DNA from: Blastocatellia bacterium
GTDB lineage: Bacteria; Acidobacteriota; Blastocatellia; UBA7656
Assembly: GCA_035455165.1 (NCBI GenBank)
Contig: DATIFP010000196.1
Location: 24,237 to 88,236, forward strand
Length of the DNA: 64,000 nt
Reading direction: 5' to 3'
The position numbers were made by a program, and so were the translations under genes. Below the pieces are notes generated by a model. The model saw nothing but the letters and a program-made list of their open reading frames with translations, was not told the DNA's origin and did no database searches. Each line of letters starts with the position of its first letter. Position 1 is the stretch's first letter. Below, piece by piece: positions 10,501-19,142 of this stretch.

Positions 10501-12724
10501 CAGTTGGCGAGTAGACGTTCTGACAGCGAACTCCGCGGACAGCTACCGCGAGTTCATGCTCGAGTTCGCCGACTTCCAGCACGCCTATCTGGCAGGCAGG
10601 GGCGGCGGCCGAGAGAACCCGCATCCCGATCCGCCCGGCGCAATAAATCCGCCGGCCAAGGAAGAAGCCCCTCTGCCTATCGTGATACAGAAAGCCGCCT
10701 TCTGCTTTGGCGGCGACCCGGCGCCATGCCCCGAAGCGATCTCGGCGGCTGACGTCGGCACGATGGTGGTCAACTATCGCAACGAGCCGGTCCCGCTGCG
10801 CATCCGCAATCCGATAACCGGCTTGCAGGTGGACGGAGAAGCGGGCGACCTGTCGCACGTATTCCGGTCGGATGTTCTTCGTAAGGATCCGGCGATGAAC
10901 GTGCAGCCCAACTTCTACTTCCCGTTGACGAAAGATGTACAACCGGGCGACCCGTATACGCCACTGCTGAGAGTCAATGAGAACGACCGGGTTCAGATCC
11001 GGATCCTCGTCGGCGCACACGAAGAAGGGCACAACTTCACGGTGCATGGAATCAAGTGGCTGTTTGAGCCTTCATTCGTGAATTCGGGTTATCGCAATTC
11101 ACAGATGATGGGGATAAGCGAACACTTCGAATTCATTGTCCCGACGATGCCCAAGAAGTTGACCGATAAGACGGCCGATTACCTCTACCGGCCGGGCGCG
11201 TCGACAGACGGTACGTGGAACGGTTTGTGGGGACTGGCCCGAGCCTACAAAGGCACAAGGGCTGACATGCTGGCCCTGCCATCCAATCCGAACGGCCGCG
11301 CTCCGGCGCTCTCGAATCAGGGTGACTTCTCGGGGGTCTGCTTGAAGACGCAGATACCCAAGACTTTTGGCGTCACCGCTGTTCTGGCGCGAGATGTCTT
11401 GCCCGCCGGCACACTTGTCTACAACAGGCGCGCGACGACGGTGAAGAATCCGAACACAGGCGAGACGCACAAGGGCCCGCTACACGACCCGACTGCGATT
11501 CTGTACGTGAGATCGACGGACATCGATGCGACGACCGGCAAGCTGAGGGCGGGCGTTCCAATCGAGCCGTTGATCCTCCGCGCCAATGCCGGCGATTGCA
11601 TCAACCTCACGTTGACCAACAAGCTGCCTTCGGTGTTGCCGGATCTTGCCGGCTGGAACTTCGTGCCAATGATTGTCGAGAAGTTCAATACCAATCAGGT
11701 CAGGCCTTCGAACAACGTGGGACTGCATCCGCAATTGGTGTTCTACGATGTGCTCGACAGCGACGGCTTTAATGTCGGCTTCAACGGCGTTCAAACGGTC
11801 GCTCCCGGATTCAGCCGCACGTATCAGTGGTACGCGGGTGACCTGGTGATCGCATCGGGGATAGGCAGTCTGAAACCGTTCGAGTTTGGCGGGACCAACT
11901 TGATGTCGTCAGACACCATCAAGCACAGCAACAAGGGTGCCTTCGGTGCTCTGATAATCGAGCCGCTAAACACGAAGTGGACTGAGGACAAGGGCTCGCG
12001 AGCCAGAGCGACCGTGACTGACTCGCTTGGCACGGTTCTCTTCCGCGACTTCGTGCTTATGCACCAGACCGACCTCAACCTGAGGTTCGGTGAAGGCTCG
12101 ACGATCGGCAACGGGTCGCCGGTGCCGAACCTGAGAGGAGGCGACGATGCCGAAGACTCGGCGCAGAAAGGGTTCAACTATCGAACCGAACCGCTCTGGT
12201 TCCGAATGGGCATTGCCCCTGACACTCCTTTGAGCAAGGGAGAAGCAATAGCCGAGTTTGGGCCGGGCGGAGTCTCCACTCGCGACATCGACTTCAGCAA
12301 CGTGTTGTCGAATTCGCAGGTGGGTCCCTGCATTGGCATCGACTGCAGTGAACCGGTAACGCCGATATTCACCGCAACGGCGGGAACACCCGTTCGTTTC
12401 CACCTGCTGAACGCCGGCGGCCACGGTCGCAACAACGTCTTCGCGCTGCACGGTCACGTTTGGCCGCAAGAGCCGTTCACTGCGAGCTCGACGGTCATCG
12501 GCCAAAACGTGCAGTCGGAGTGGTCAGGTGCTCAGATGGGAGTCGGAGCAGGCTTCCACTTCGTGGCGATCCCGAGGAATGGCGCAGGAGGAAAGTTCAG
12601 GATCACAGGCGACTACCTGTACCGGACCTTCCAATCGTTGCAGTTCGACGGCGGACTCTGGGGAATCTTCAGAGTCGCTTCGTCTGCCACCACTGATCCG
12701 GCCCTCCTGGATCCTCAACAATAA
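7523..12724 (+). CDS. Giant secreted multicopper-oxidase-like protein (1733 aa) with multiple cupredoxin-like domains
   Basis: Signal peptide (MIMSRKNRLLRFVMGGLVALAFLAIPDPANA). Cupredoxin strand signatures (LRMNVGDCLRINFKNLL; LRANAGDCINLTLTNKL). MCO copper-ligand motifs HHIHHLHAHQW (HxHLHxH type) and HCHFYPHFAMGMWELW (HCHxxxHxxxGM type). A second His-rich set: HIHLVKFDV, FTHDHFGPSTHQQVGLYAG, HGHVWPQ. Size class matches MofA/MnxG-type Mn-oxidising MCOs; that comparison is inference. Confidence 0.75.
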   Translation: MIMSRKNRLLRFVMGGLVALAFLAIPDPANAQFQIPADGAGGGGTAPGCNRTVNANVVALDQVFFWNRLGAVQPQGMIFALERDVVASDPAKPIGAGNVKLREDKRPRPIVLRMNVGDCLRINFKNLLNPVPVDQEQTVTRVASIRANGLQLVTSIADDGSNVGRNASSLVPPGGGAVYTFYAEREGGYMLYSMGSTTGGEGDGGQLNAGLFGAVTVQPTGAEWYRSQVTQNDLELATKTKTPDGHPVVDYNAVYPKDHPRAGLPILKMTREGFAGPEIVHTDLNAIITGPGADGFNGWYKDTPVNPNRNRPYREFTIIYHDEIGAVQAFPQFESQPPPNENPLKFTLHSVRDAFAINYGTGGIGAEILANRLGVGPMANCVECKYEEFFLTSWAVGDPAMVVDKPANAPCTIEDIRKANMGCGPAPGFKATKAFYPDDPSNVHHSYINDHVKMRILHGGSKEHHIHHLHAHQWVHTPDNDDSAYLDSQAIGPGAAFTLEITYNGTGNRNKVVGDSIFHCHFYPHFAMGMWELWRAHDVFESGTVLDEKGRPAPGSRALPDAEILAGTPIPALVPVPTMPMAPLPEVKVSIVNGQVQIEQGKFGPLPGNPGYPFFIPAVAGHRPPTAPLDVVDDGGLPRHVILDGKFTEVHTRLDFSKVLDLAIAEARPEAGTPVEKEAMRFHGIRFHPTCLPNGICDQAIDPTQIGANIKFVTNGLPRKTDANPLGAQPGAPYADPCVDDNGKAVGVARMYKAAGIQIDAKLNKAGWHFPQQRILALWGDVKALGGLPGQPQPTSPSKPPEPFFFRANTNDCITFYHTNLMPSVYALDDYQVRTPTDIIGQHIHLVKFDVTSSDGSGNGWNYEDGTFSPDEVIERIDAINLGGGLIVPPVVGDGPTLLVKLEPKPHPFFGTLGARTTTQRWYADDTLNNAGVDRTLRTVFTHDHFGPSTHQQVGLYAGLVIEPTGSKWRDPETGQILGGQGVPPPRFDGGPTSWRVDVLTANSADSYREFMLEFADFQHAYLAGRGGGRENPHPDPPGAINPPAKEEAPLPIVIQKAAFCFGGDPAPCPEAISAADVGTMVVNYRNEPVPLRIRNPITGLQVDGEAGDLSHVFRSDVLRKDPAMNVQPNFYFPLTKDVQPGDPYTPLLRVNENDRVQIRILVGAHEEGHNFTVHGIKWLFEPSFVNSGYRNSQMMGISEHFEFIVPTMPKKLTDKTADYLYRPGASTDGTWNGLWGLARAYKGTRADMLALPSNPNGRAPALSNQGDFSGVCLKTQIPKTFGVTAVLARDVLPAGTLVYNRRATTVKNPNTGETHKGPLHDPTAILYVRSTDIDATTGKLRAGVPIEPLILRANAGDCINLTLTNKLPSVLPDLAGWNFVPMIVEKFNTNQVRPSNNVGLHPQLVFYDVLDSDGFNVGFNGVQTVAPGFSRTYQWYAGDLVIASGIGSLKPFEFGGTNLMSSDTIKHSNKGAFGALIIEPLNTKWTEDKGSRARATVTDSLGTVLFRDFVLMHQTDLNLRFGEGSTIGNGSPVPNLRGGDDAEDSAQKGFNYRTEPLWFRMGIAPDTPLSKGEAIAEFGPGGVSTRDIDFSNVLSNSQVGPCIGIDCSEPVTPIFTATAGTPVRFHLLNAGGHGRNNVFALHGHVWPQEPFTASSTVIGQNVQSEWSGAQMGVGAGFHFVAIPRNGAGGKFRITGDYLYRTFQSLQFDGGLWGIFRVASSATTDPALLDPQQ

Positions 12725-12735
12725 CTGTTCGCTTC

Positions 12736-12772
12736 CTGGAGCGCGGCCTGGCTTGATCAGGCCGCGCTCCAG
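12736..12772 (+). terminator. Strong GC-rich hairpin (15-bp perfect stem CTGGAGCGCGGCCTG/CAGGCCGCGCTCCAG, 7-nt loop) 12 nt after the oxidase stop
   Basis: Perfect inverted repeat read from the sequence; no U-tract, as is common in high-GC genomes. Confidence 0.5.
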
Positions 12773-12839
12773 CCTTCGCCCTGCGAGGAGCAGCCCGGTG
12801 CTCACCTGATGAACCTTGATGAATGCGAGATGAAATATC

Positions 12840-13079
12840 ATGAACAGCTCTGACAATCCTCGCCCGGCCTTCGAGACGACCGACCTCAATCTGGCAAGCT
12901 TCCTGCGATCGCGCAGCTTCGAGATTGCAGACATCAAACGCCAGAACTCCAAAACGATTTTTGCCTTCGATGATTCGCCGGCTCTACGCCAGGCGATCCT
13001 CGATTTTGCGAACGACGGAACGGTCGCAGTCCGGTCGTTTTGCAACACGGTCAGGGATTTGAAGGCCATCACGCGGTAG
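12840..13079 (+). CDS. Small hypothetical protein (79 aa), no recognised function
   Basis: Intact ORF between the oxidase terminator hairpin and the beta-propeller gene; no signal peptide; weak RBS. Confidence 0.4.
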   Translation: MNSSDNPRPAFETTDLNLASFLRSRSFEIADIKRQNSKTIFAFDDSPALRQAILDFANDGTVAVRSFCNTVRDLKAITR

Positions 13080-13109
13080 GCGAGCTCTATTGACGGAAAG
13101 GGAGAGATC

Positions 13110-15170
13110 ATGAAGACAGCCACCAGCAAAACGAAAAGACCCAGGGGTCCAAAGACGAGTGTCTTGTCAAATAGCGGCCGGCTCGGACTTGCTACGGCCT
13201 TGTTGCTGACCGTCGCCATTATCGCTGCGGCGGGAGTCCCCCAGTCGAAGTCGATCGCGACCGACCAGACGAAACCCGGCTCGGATGAAAAACCGGCATC
13301 TGCGTCTTCTTCCAGTCGCGAGCCGCAACGGATAGTGCACGAAGGCCTCGTCATTGATTTCAGCGTCGAACCTGTTTCCGCGCGAGGCGGAAAAGCGACT
13401 GCTCTGATCGAAGGCGATGATGCAACGGTTCGGTTCAAGATGACCGATTCCCGGACTGGAACGCCGTTGACCAATCTGCACCCCTCCGCCTGGATGGATC
13501 GCCGGGCGGCGGGAAAGACAACCGAAGGGAAAGATTGCCGTCAGAAGATACAGTCGTTCCTGCAATCGAGCCTCAGCTCCCGCCCCGATATGGACTTGAA
13601 CATCTACTACATCCTTACACTCAATCAGGAGGCCAACATATCGGTCATCGACCCATTGCTGGGCTACGGCAGCAGCAAGCTGCTCACGCTTGTGTTCCTG
13701 AAGAGCCCCGGCGAGGACTGGGTCATGAGCCGCGACAAGAAGTGGCTGTTCGTCACTATGCCGTTGGTGAACCAGCTTGCCGTTGTCGATACCTCAAACT
13801 GGAAAGTGCTTACCAACATAGATGCCGGCCCGAAGCCCTCGAAGATCGCGTTGCAGCCTGACGACAAGTATTTGTGGGTTGGAAACGACGCGGCCGATGG
13901 GGAGAGCGGCGTCACGGCGATTGATTCCAGCCAGTTGAAGGTCGCGGCGCATATAAAGACTGGAGCGGGTCATCACGAAATTGCATTTGCAGGCGATAGC
14001 CGCTACGCCTACGTGACCAACAAGCTGGACGGCACGCTTTCGGTGATCGATGTACAAAAGCTCTCGAGGGCCAAAGACATAAAGACCGGCCCGCTTCCGG
14101 TGTCCCTGGCGTTCTCAGCTCTCAGCAATGCGATTTACGTTGCCGGCGAAGAAGACGGCACGATCGCGGTGATCGGCGGTGAGATCCCCGACATCCTGGC
14201 TCGAATCAAAACCAAACCGGGCGTGAGGTCGATTCGCTTTGCTCCGGATGGACGCTATGGGTTCGTTGTGAACGGCAAAGACAGCAACGTTCACGTGTTC
14301 GACGCGTCCAGTAATCGGCTTCTGCACGCGATCGACGTCGGCAAGAATCCGGACAAGATAAGCTTCACGCGCGGCTACGCCTACGTTAGAGCGCTGGGCA
14401 GCGATCAGGTCAACATGATCCGGCTTGAAGCAATTGGCAAACCGGGCGAAGTCCCGGTGATAGAGTTCCCCGCCGGTCAGTTGGCTCCCGAGAAATCGTC
14501 GAGCAGATCGCTGGCCGATCCCATCGTCGCAACCCCGGAAGGAGAATCAGTTCTTGTCGCGAATCCCGCGGACAAGATGATCTATTACTACGCCGAGGGG
14601 ATGGCCGCGCCGATGGGCAGCTTCCAGAATTATCGCCGGGAGCCGCGCGCGGTGATGGTCTGGGACCAGAGCCTTCGCGAGACTTCGCCAGGCGTCTACT
14701 CGACTAACGTCAAGCTTGTCGGCTCCGGGGACTACGATGTTGCCTTTCTCCTGGATACTCCGCGTGTGTCCCATTGCTTTGACCTGAGCGTGGCGCCAAA
14801 TCTCGCGTTGAAAAAAGAACCGGAGGTCCCGATTTACGTTGAGCCGCTGATCACCGATTCGAAGATCAAAGTCGGTGAAACCATCAAGCTGCAGTTCCTG
14901 GTTGTGGATTCGAAAAGCAGGCTTCCCAAAGATGGCCTGAAGGACTTAGGCGTGCTTGTGTTTCTGGCTCCTGGCCAGTCGCAAAACCGCCTGTGGGCGC
15001 AATCGATCGGGGACGGCAAATACGAGGTTTCTTTTAAGCCAGCGCAAGCCGGACCGTATTACGTGTTTGTCCATTGTCCCTCGTTGAGAGTCGGCTACAA
15101 TCAGACCATTCACTTCATCCTGCAGGCCGTCGAAGCAAAACCCGCGACTCCTGCAACCCCTTCAAAATAG
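13110..15170 (+). CDS. YVTN-family beta-propeller repeat protein with N-terminal signal/anchor and a C-terminal Ig-like beta-sandwich region
   Basis: Repeated propeller blade motifs (YAYVTNKLDGTLSVIDV, IYVAGEEDGTIAVIGG, YGFVVNGKDSNVHVFD, YAYVRALGSDQVNMI). N-terminal hydrophobic segment LGLATALLLTVAIIAAAG. Confidence 0.7.
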   Translation: MKTATSKTKRPRGPKTSVLSNSGRLGLATALLLTVAIIAAAGVPQSKSIATDQTKPGSDEKPASASSSSREPQRIVHEGLVIDFSVEPVSARGGKATALIEGDDATVRFKMTDSRTGTPLTNLHPSAWMDRRAAGKTTEGKDCRQKIQSFLQSSLSSRPDMDLNIYYILTLNQEANISVIDPLLGYGSSKLLTLVFLKSPGEDWVMSRDKKWLFVTMPLVNQLAVVDTSNWKVLTNIDAGPKPSKIALQPDDKYLWVGNDAADGESGVTAIDSSQLKVAAHIKTGAGHHEIAFAGDSRYAYVTNKLDGTLSVIDVQKLSRAKDIKTGPLPVSLAFSALSNAIYVAGEEDGTIAVIGGEIPDILARIKTKPGVRSIRFAPDGRYGFVVNGKDSNVHVFDASSNRLLHAIDVGKNPDKISFTRGYAYVRALGSDQVNMIRLEAIGKPGEVPVIEFPAGQLAPEKSSSRSLADPIVATPEGESVLVANPADKMIYYYAEGMAAPMGSFQNYRREPRAVMVWDQSLRETSPGVYSTNVKLVGSGDYDVAFLLDTPRVSHCFDLSVAPNLALKKEPEVPIYVEPLITDSKIKVGETIKLQFLVVDSKSRLPKDGLKDLGVLVFLAPGQSQNRLWAQSIGDGKYEVSFKPAQAGPYYVFVHCPSLRVGYNQTIHFILQAVEAKPATPATPSK

Positions 15171-15207
15171 GAGAGCTGAACTGTCCGAGCAAAACTGAGG
15201 TGATGAG

Positions 15208-15858
15208 ATGAATATGACAGATGAAACAAAACGTCGATTAGCGGGGCCCGCGTGGACCCGCACTGTGTGGACTGCGCTTGTGGTTGCGGCGAGCGTCGGG
15301 TTCTTGACATGGCCCATAGCGGCGCAATCAAAGAGCCCGGCTCCGGACGACAAGGATTCTCCGGCGCGAAACTATTTCACAGACGTTCAGTTGATCAATC
15401 AGGACGGCAAGCCTATGCGGTTCTACAGCGACTTGCTCAAGGACAAAGTGGTCATCATCAATACGTTCTTCACCACCTGCACAAGCGTCTGTCCTCCGAT
15501 GAGCAGGAACCTGGAACGAGTTCAAAGCTGGCTGGGAGACCGGCTCGGCAAGGACGTTCACATAATCTCGATCAGCGTTGACCCCGCAGTCGACACTCCG
15601 CCGCGGCTCAAAGACTACGCCCAAAAATACAAAGCGCGGCCGGGCTGGTTCTTTGTCGCCGGCAAGAAAGAGAATGCCGAATTCGCATTGCGAAAGATCG
15701 GACAATTTGTCGAATCGAAAGACGACCACTCGACGGTGATCATCATCGGGAATCTGCATACCGGGCTCTGGAAGAAAGCAATGGGTATGGCGAAGGCCGA
15801 AGACCTGATCAAGGTCGTGGAGAGCGTGGTCGATGATAAGCCGGGAGAGGTGAAATGA
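15208..15858 (+). CDS. Sco1/SenC-family copper chaperone (thioredoxin fold, CxxxCP)
   Basis: Signal/anchor, FFTTCTSVCPPM (CxxxCP copper site), conserved His in DHSTVIIIG, ISISVDPAVDTP. Confidence 0.85.
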   Translation: MNMTDETKRRLAGPAWTRTVWTALVVAASVGFLTWPIAAQSKSPAPDDKDSPARNYFTDVQLINQDGKPMRFYSDLLKDKVVIINTFFTTCTSVCPPMSRNLERVQSWLGDRLGKDVHIISISVDPAVDTPPRLKDYAQKYKARPGWFFVAGKKENAEFALRKIGQFVESKDDHSTVIIIGNLHTGLWKKAMGMAKAEDLIKVVESVVDDKPGEVK

Positions 15859-17474
15859 AAGCGAACCCAGCCGCGGTGATGAATATCAAACGCATTGCAT
15901 TCGTGGTTGCCTTGATGCTGATGCTCTTGTTTATCGGCAGCGCCGCCGCCAGCGGACCCGGACCGGGTCAACTGACTGAGCAGGAGAAACGGGGGAAGTT
16001 CATTTACCTGCGCGGCGCCAGCCCTTCGGGTAGGGAGATAACCTGCTATCTGGGAGACGGGACGATGGAGGTGCCGGCAGCGGCGATGCTGTGCGCAAAC
16101 TGTCACGGGTTTGACGGCCGGGGAAATCCGGAAGGCGGGGTGGTGCCCTCGGACATAACCTGGGAGGCGCTCTCCAAGTCTTATGGAGTCACTCACGCGA
16201 GCGGACGAAAGCATCCTCCCTACACGGACCGCGCGCTTGGGATCGCGGTGGCCAAAGGCATAGACCCGGCGGGGAACAAGCTGCCCAACACGATGCCGAG
16301 ATACTGGATGTCGCCGGAAGATCTCGCCGATCTGGTCGCTTATGTGAAACGTCTCGGACAGGATCGCGACCCGGGGTTGACGGAGACGAGCATCCGAGTC
16401 GGGACGATCGTGGCCGGACCGGGCCCGATGTCGGAAATGGGCCACGCGGTGGAAGCGGCCCTGGGAGCTTATTTCGAGGAGGTCAACGCCCAGGGTGGAA
16501 TCTACAATCGCATGATCGAGCTGCGCGTCGCCAAGTCACCGGCTGACCCGCGAGCAGCCAAATCAAATGCCGAGCGGTTCATCGACACCGAGCAGGTGTT
16601 CGCAATGGCGGGCGCGTTCATCGCGGGAGCGGACAAGGAAATAGCTTCGCTTGTCGAAGAAAAAGAAGTAGTGCTGGTAGGGCCGTCGACTCTCTATCCG
16701 GAGATTGGCTTTCCCCTGAACCGACACACTTTCTATCTGTTCTCGGGCTTGAAAGATCAAGCCGGTGCGCTGGTCAACTTCATCGGAGACAAACTTCAAA
16801 AGCAGACCCCGCGGCTCGCGATTGTCGCTCTCGATAGCGCCGACGCCGCGGGCCTCACGGAAGCGATTGAGAAACACGCCAAAAGACGCGGCTACAACGC
16901 AATCACCAGGCTCAGCTATTCGCGCAAGCAGTTTGATCCGGGCCAACTCGTCAAGAAGCTGAGCGACGCGGGCGCGGATGCGGTTTTCCTCTCAGGTTGG
17001 GGCGGAGAAGAGCTGGCGCTTATGAAAGAGGCGGCGAGGATGAACTTTACACCGTACTTTTTGATTCCCGGGTCGCTTGCCAGTAAGGAACTCCTGGATG
17101 CCCCGCCGATCCTCAAAGAAAGGATCTTTTTGGCTTTTCCGACTCTGCCAACAGACCAGACGCCGGAGGGCGTGCGCGAGTTTCTCACGATGGCAGAAAA
17201 GCACAACCTTCCGCAAAAGCAGCTTGCCGCTCAGCTCTCGGCATACTGCGCGGCGAAGATTCTCGTTGAGGCCTTGAAGCTGACGGGCAGGGAGCTGAGC
17301 CGCGAGAAGCTCATCAGGACGCTGGAGGGTCTTTACAACTTCGATACCGGATTGAGCCCCCGAATCTCTTACGGCCCGAATCGCCGAATCGGCGCGTTCG
17401 GAGCCTACATTGTAATGATCGATCCGGAGAAAAAGCAGTTCATTCCTGCGGGCGGCTGGATTACGCCCGAGTAG
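15855..17474 (+). CDS. Fusion protein: N-terminal mono-haem cytochrome c domain plus type-I periplasmic substrate-binding (LivK/PBP1-like) domain
   Basis: Signal peptide; CANCHG haem-binding CxxCH in the first ~150 aa; the remainder resembles branched-chain-amino-acid-type periplasmic binding proteins (VGTIVAGPGPMSEMGHAVEAALGAYFEEVNAQGGIYNRMIEL...). Start overlaps the Sco stop (ATGA). Confidence 0.7.
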   Translation: MKANPAAVMNIKRIAFVVALMLMLLFIGSAAASGPGPGQLTEQEKRGKFIYLRGASPSGREITCYLGDGTMEVPAAAMLCANCHGFDGRGNPEGGVVPSDITWEALSKSYGVTHASGRKHPPYTDRALGIAVAKGIDPAGNKLPNTMPRYWMSPEDLADLVAYVKRLGQDRDPGLTETSIRVGTIVAGPGPMSEMGHAVEAALGAYFEEVNAQGGIYNRMIELRVAKSPADPRAAKSNAERFIDTEQVFAMAGAFIAGADKEIASLVEEKEVVLVGPSTLYPEIGFPLNRHTFYLFSGLKDQAGALVNFIGDKLQKQTPRLAIVALDSADAAGLTEAIEKHAKRRGYNAITRLSYSRKQFDPGQLVKKLSDAGADAVFLSGWGGEELALMKEAARMNFTPYFLIPGSLASKELLDAPPILKERIFLAFPTLPTDQTPEGVREFLTMAEKHNLPQKQLAAQLSAYCAAKILVEALKLTGRELSREKLIRTLEGLYNFDTGLSPRISYGPNRRIGAFGAYIVMIDPEKKQFIPAGGWITPE

Positions 17475-17515
17475 ATGATGCAATGCCGAACCGGAAATTC
17501 CAGAGGAGGAGACCA

Positions 17516-19108
17516 ATGAAACCCAGATTCTTTGTCCTTATCATAGCGATGATGATCGGCGCGTCTGTGACGACGGCCCAGTCCAGCTCGCCCGCAAGCC
17601 CCAGCCAACAGGCGCAAACCGGGCCCACGAAACAGGCTGCGTCGGAGCAGGTTCCGAAGCCGGCCGAAAAGAAAGTCGAAGACTGCGGCTGCGAGGCGGC
17701 CAACACCCCGATCGATGTCGCGGCGATCGTCAACGGCGTGAAGATCACCACGAAGGAAATCGATGACCAGGTGAACGATGAGAAGTCCGGTTTGCAAAAG
17801 CAGGTCGTGGACGCTCGCCGCCGAGAGCTTAACCTGCAGATCAACTCACGGCTCCTCGAGGCTGAAGCCACGAGAAGAGGCACGACAGCCGCAAACGTGC
17901 TCGAGCAGGAGATCATTGCCGCGGTCAAAGATCCGACCGACGCGGAAACCCAGGCCTTCTATGACGAGAACAAGAGCCGCATACCCGGGCCGTTCAGGGA
18001 CTTCAAGCAGCAGATAGTTGAATACATCAAAGCCCAGCGCCAGGAAGGTGCCGCGAAGAAGTTCGCCGATAAGCTCAGGTCAGCGGCCGACGTAAAGATC
18101 CTCGTACAGACCGTCACCGCTCCGCAGAGCGAGTCCGATCGCGCGAAGGTGCTGGCTACCGTTAACGGCGCAGCGATCACCTCCGGAGACGTGGAAAATG
18201 CGTTGAAGCCATTGATCTACGACGTGCAGCTCCGGGTATATGGATTGAGAAAGGCTGAGCTGGCTCTCAGGATCAACGATCTCTTGCTGGAGCAGGAAGC
18301 CCAGAAGAGGAAGATTACGCCGAAGGCGCTCGTTGACGCAGAGTTGACGCCAAATGTGAAGAAAGTCAGCGAAGCGGAGGCAAAGAAGTTCTTCGAGGAC
18401 AACAAGGATCAGATAGAGGGTGAATATGAGCAGTTGAAGGACCAGATCGTCGATCACCTTCAGAAGAAGGAACAACGCAGGGCGGAGGTCGTATTCGCCG
18501 ACCGGCTCAGGCAAGGCGCAAAGATCGAGATGAACCTGAAGGAACCTGAATCTCCGGTTTTTCAGATCGCGACCGACGATCAGCCCTCGAGAGGAAAAGC
18601 CGACGCGCCGGTCACAATTGTCGAGTTCACTGATTTCGAATGCTCGACGTGCCAACAGTCTCAACCGGTCCTGGAAAAGCTCGCTCAGGATTTTCCCGCC
18701 AAGGTGAGACTGGTGGTCAGGGACTACCCGCTCGAGAAACACAAGAACGCATTCAAGGCAGCGGAAGCCGCAGAAGCGGCGCGAGAGCAGGGGAAGTACT
18801 GGGACTATTCGGCGGTCTTGTTTGAGAATCAAAAGGAGTTGGGAGTCGAGAAGCTGAAGGAATATGCGAGCAAAGTGGGACTTGATCGCAAAAAGTTCGA
18901 CGCCGAGTTGGATGCCGGCAAGTATGCCGCGAAAGTGCAGCGCGATATGCAGGATGGAATGCGAGCAGGCGTGAGCGGAACGCCCACAATCTTCATCAAT
19001 GGACGCCGTGTCTCGGACAGGACTTATGAAGCATTGAGGGCAGCCGTCGAAGAGGCCTTGAAAACGCCTGGAAGCCAATCAGAGCGACGCGACGCCGATC
19101 GGCGCTGA
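17516..19108 (+). CDS. Secreted SurA-N-like chaperone repeats fused to a DsbA-family thiol:disulfide oxidoreductase domain (CSTC)
   Basis: GGAGGAG Shine-Dalgarno before ATG 17516. Signal peptide. CGCE motif (AEKKVEDCGCEAANTP). Two repeats of A-VNG--IT--D-type chaperone segments. Thioredoxin CxxC (VTIVEFTDFECSTCQQSQPVLEKL). Confidence 0.75.
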   Translation: MKPRFFVLIIAMMIGASVTTAQSSSPASPSQQAQTGPTKQAASEQVPKPAEKKVEDCGCEAANTPIDVAAIVNGVKITTKEIDDQVNDEKSGLQKQVVDARRRELNLQINSRLLEAEATRRGTTAANVLEQEIIAAVKDPTDAETQAFYDENKSRIPGPFRDFKQQIVEYIKAQRQEGAAKKFADKLRSAADVKILVQTVTAPQSESDRAKVLATVNGAAITSGDVENALKPLIYDVQLRVYGLRKAELALRINDLLLEQEAQKRKITPKALVDAELTPNVKKVSEAEAKKFFEDNKDQIEGEYEQLKDQIVDHLQKKEQRRAEVVFADRLRQGAKIEMNLKEPESPVFQIATDDQPSRGKADAPVTIVEFTDFECSTCQQSQPVLEKLAQDFPAKVRLVVRDYPLEKHKNAFKAAEAAEAAREQGKYWDYSAVLFENQKELGVEKLKEYASKVGLDRKKFDAELDAGKYAAKVQRDMQDGMRAGVSGTPTIFINGRRVSDRTYEALRAAVEEALKTPGSQSERRDADRR

Positions 19109-19142
19109 CCTGAGATGCCTGCGGGGATACCTGCAAGCAGAT

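Noticed and set aside
7571-11047. Long antisense ORFs (332 aa at 7571..8569 and 538 aa at 9431..11047, among others) inside the giant oxidase gene.
   Set aside because: High-GC genomes yield long spurious antisense frames. The sense frame has a signal peptide and coherent domain motifs, whereas the antisense translations are Arg/Ala-rich low-complexity with no motifs.
12524-13474. 316-aa minus-strand ORF spanning the oxidase 3' end, terminator hairpin, small ORF and propeller N-terminus.
   Set aside because: It crosses an obvious terminator hairpin and three plus-strand features; low-complexity translation.
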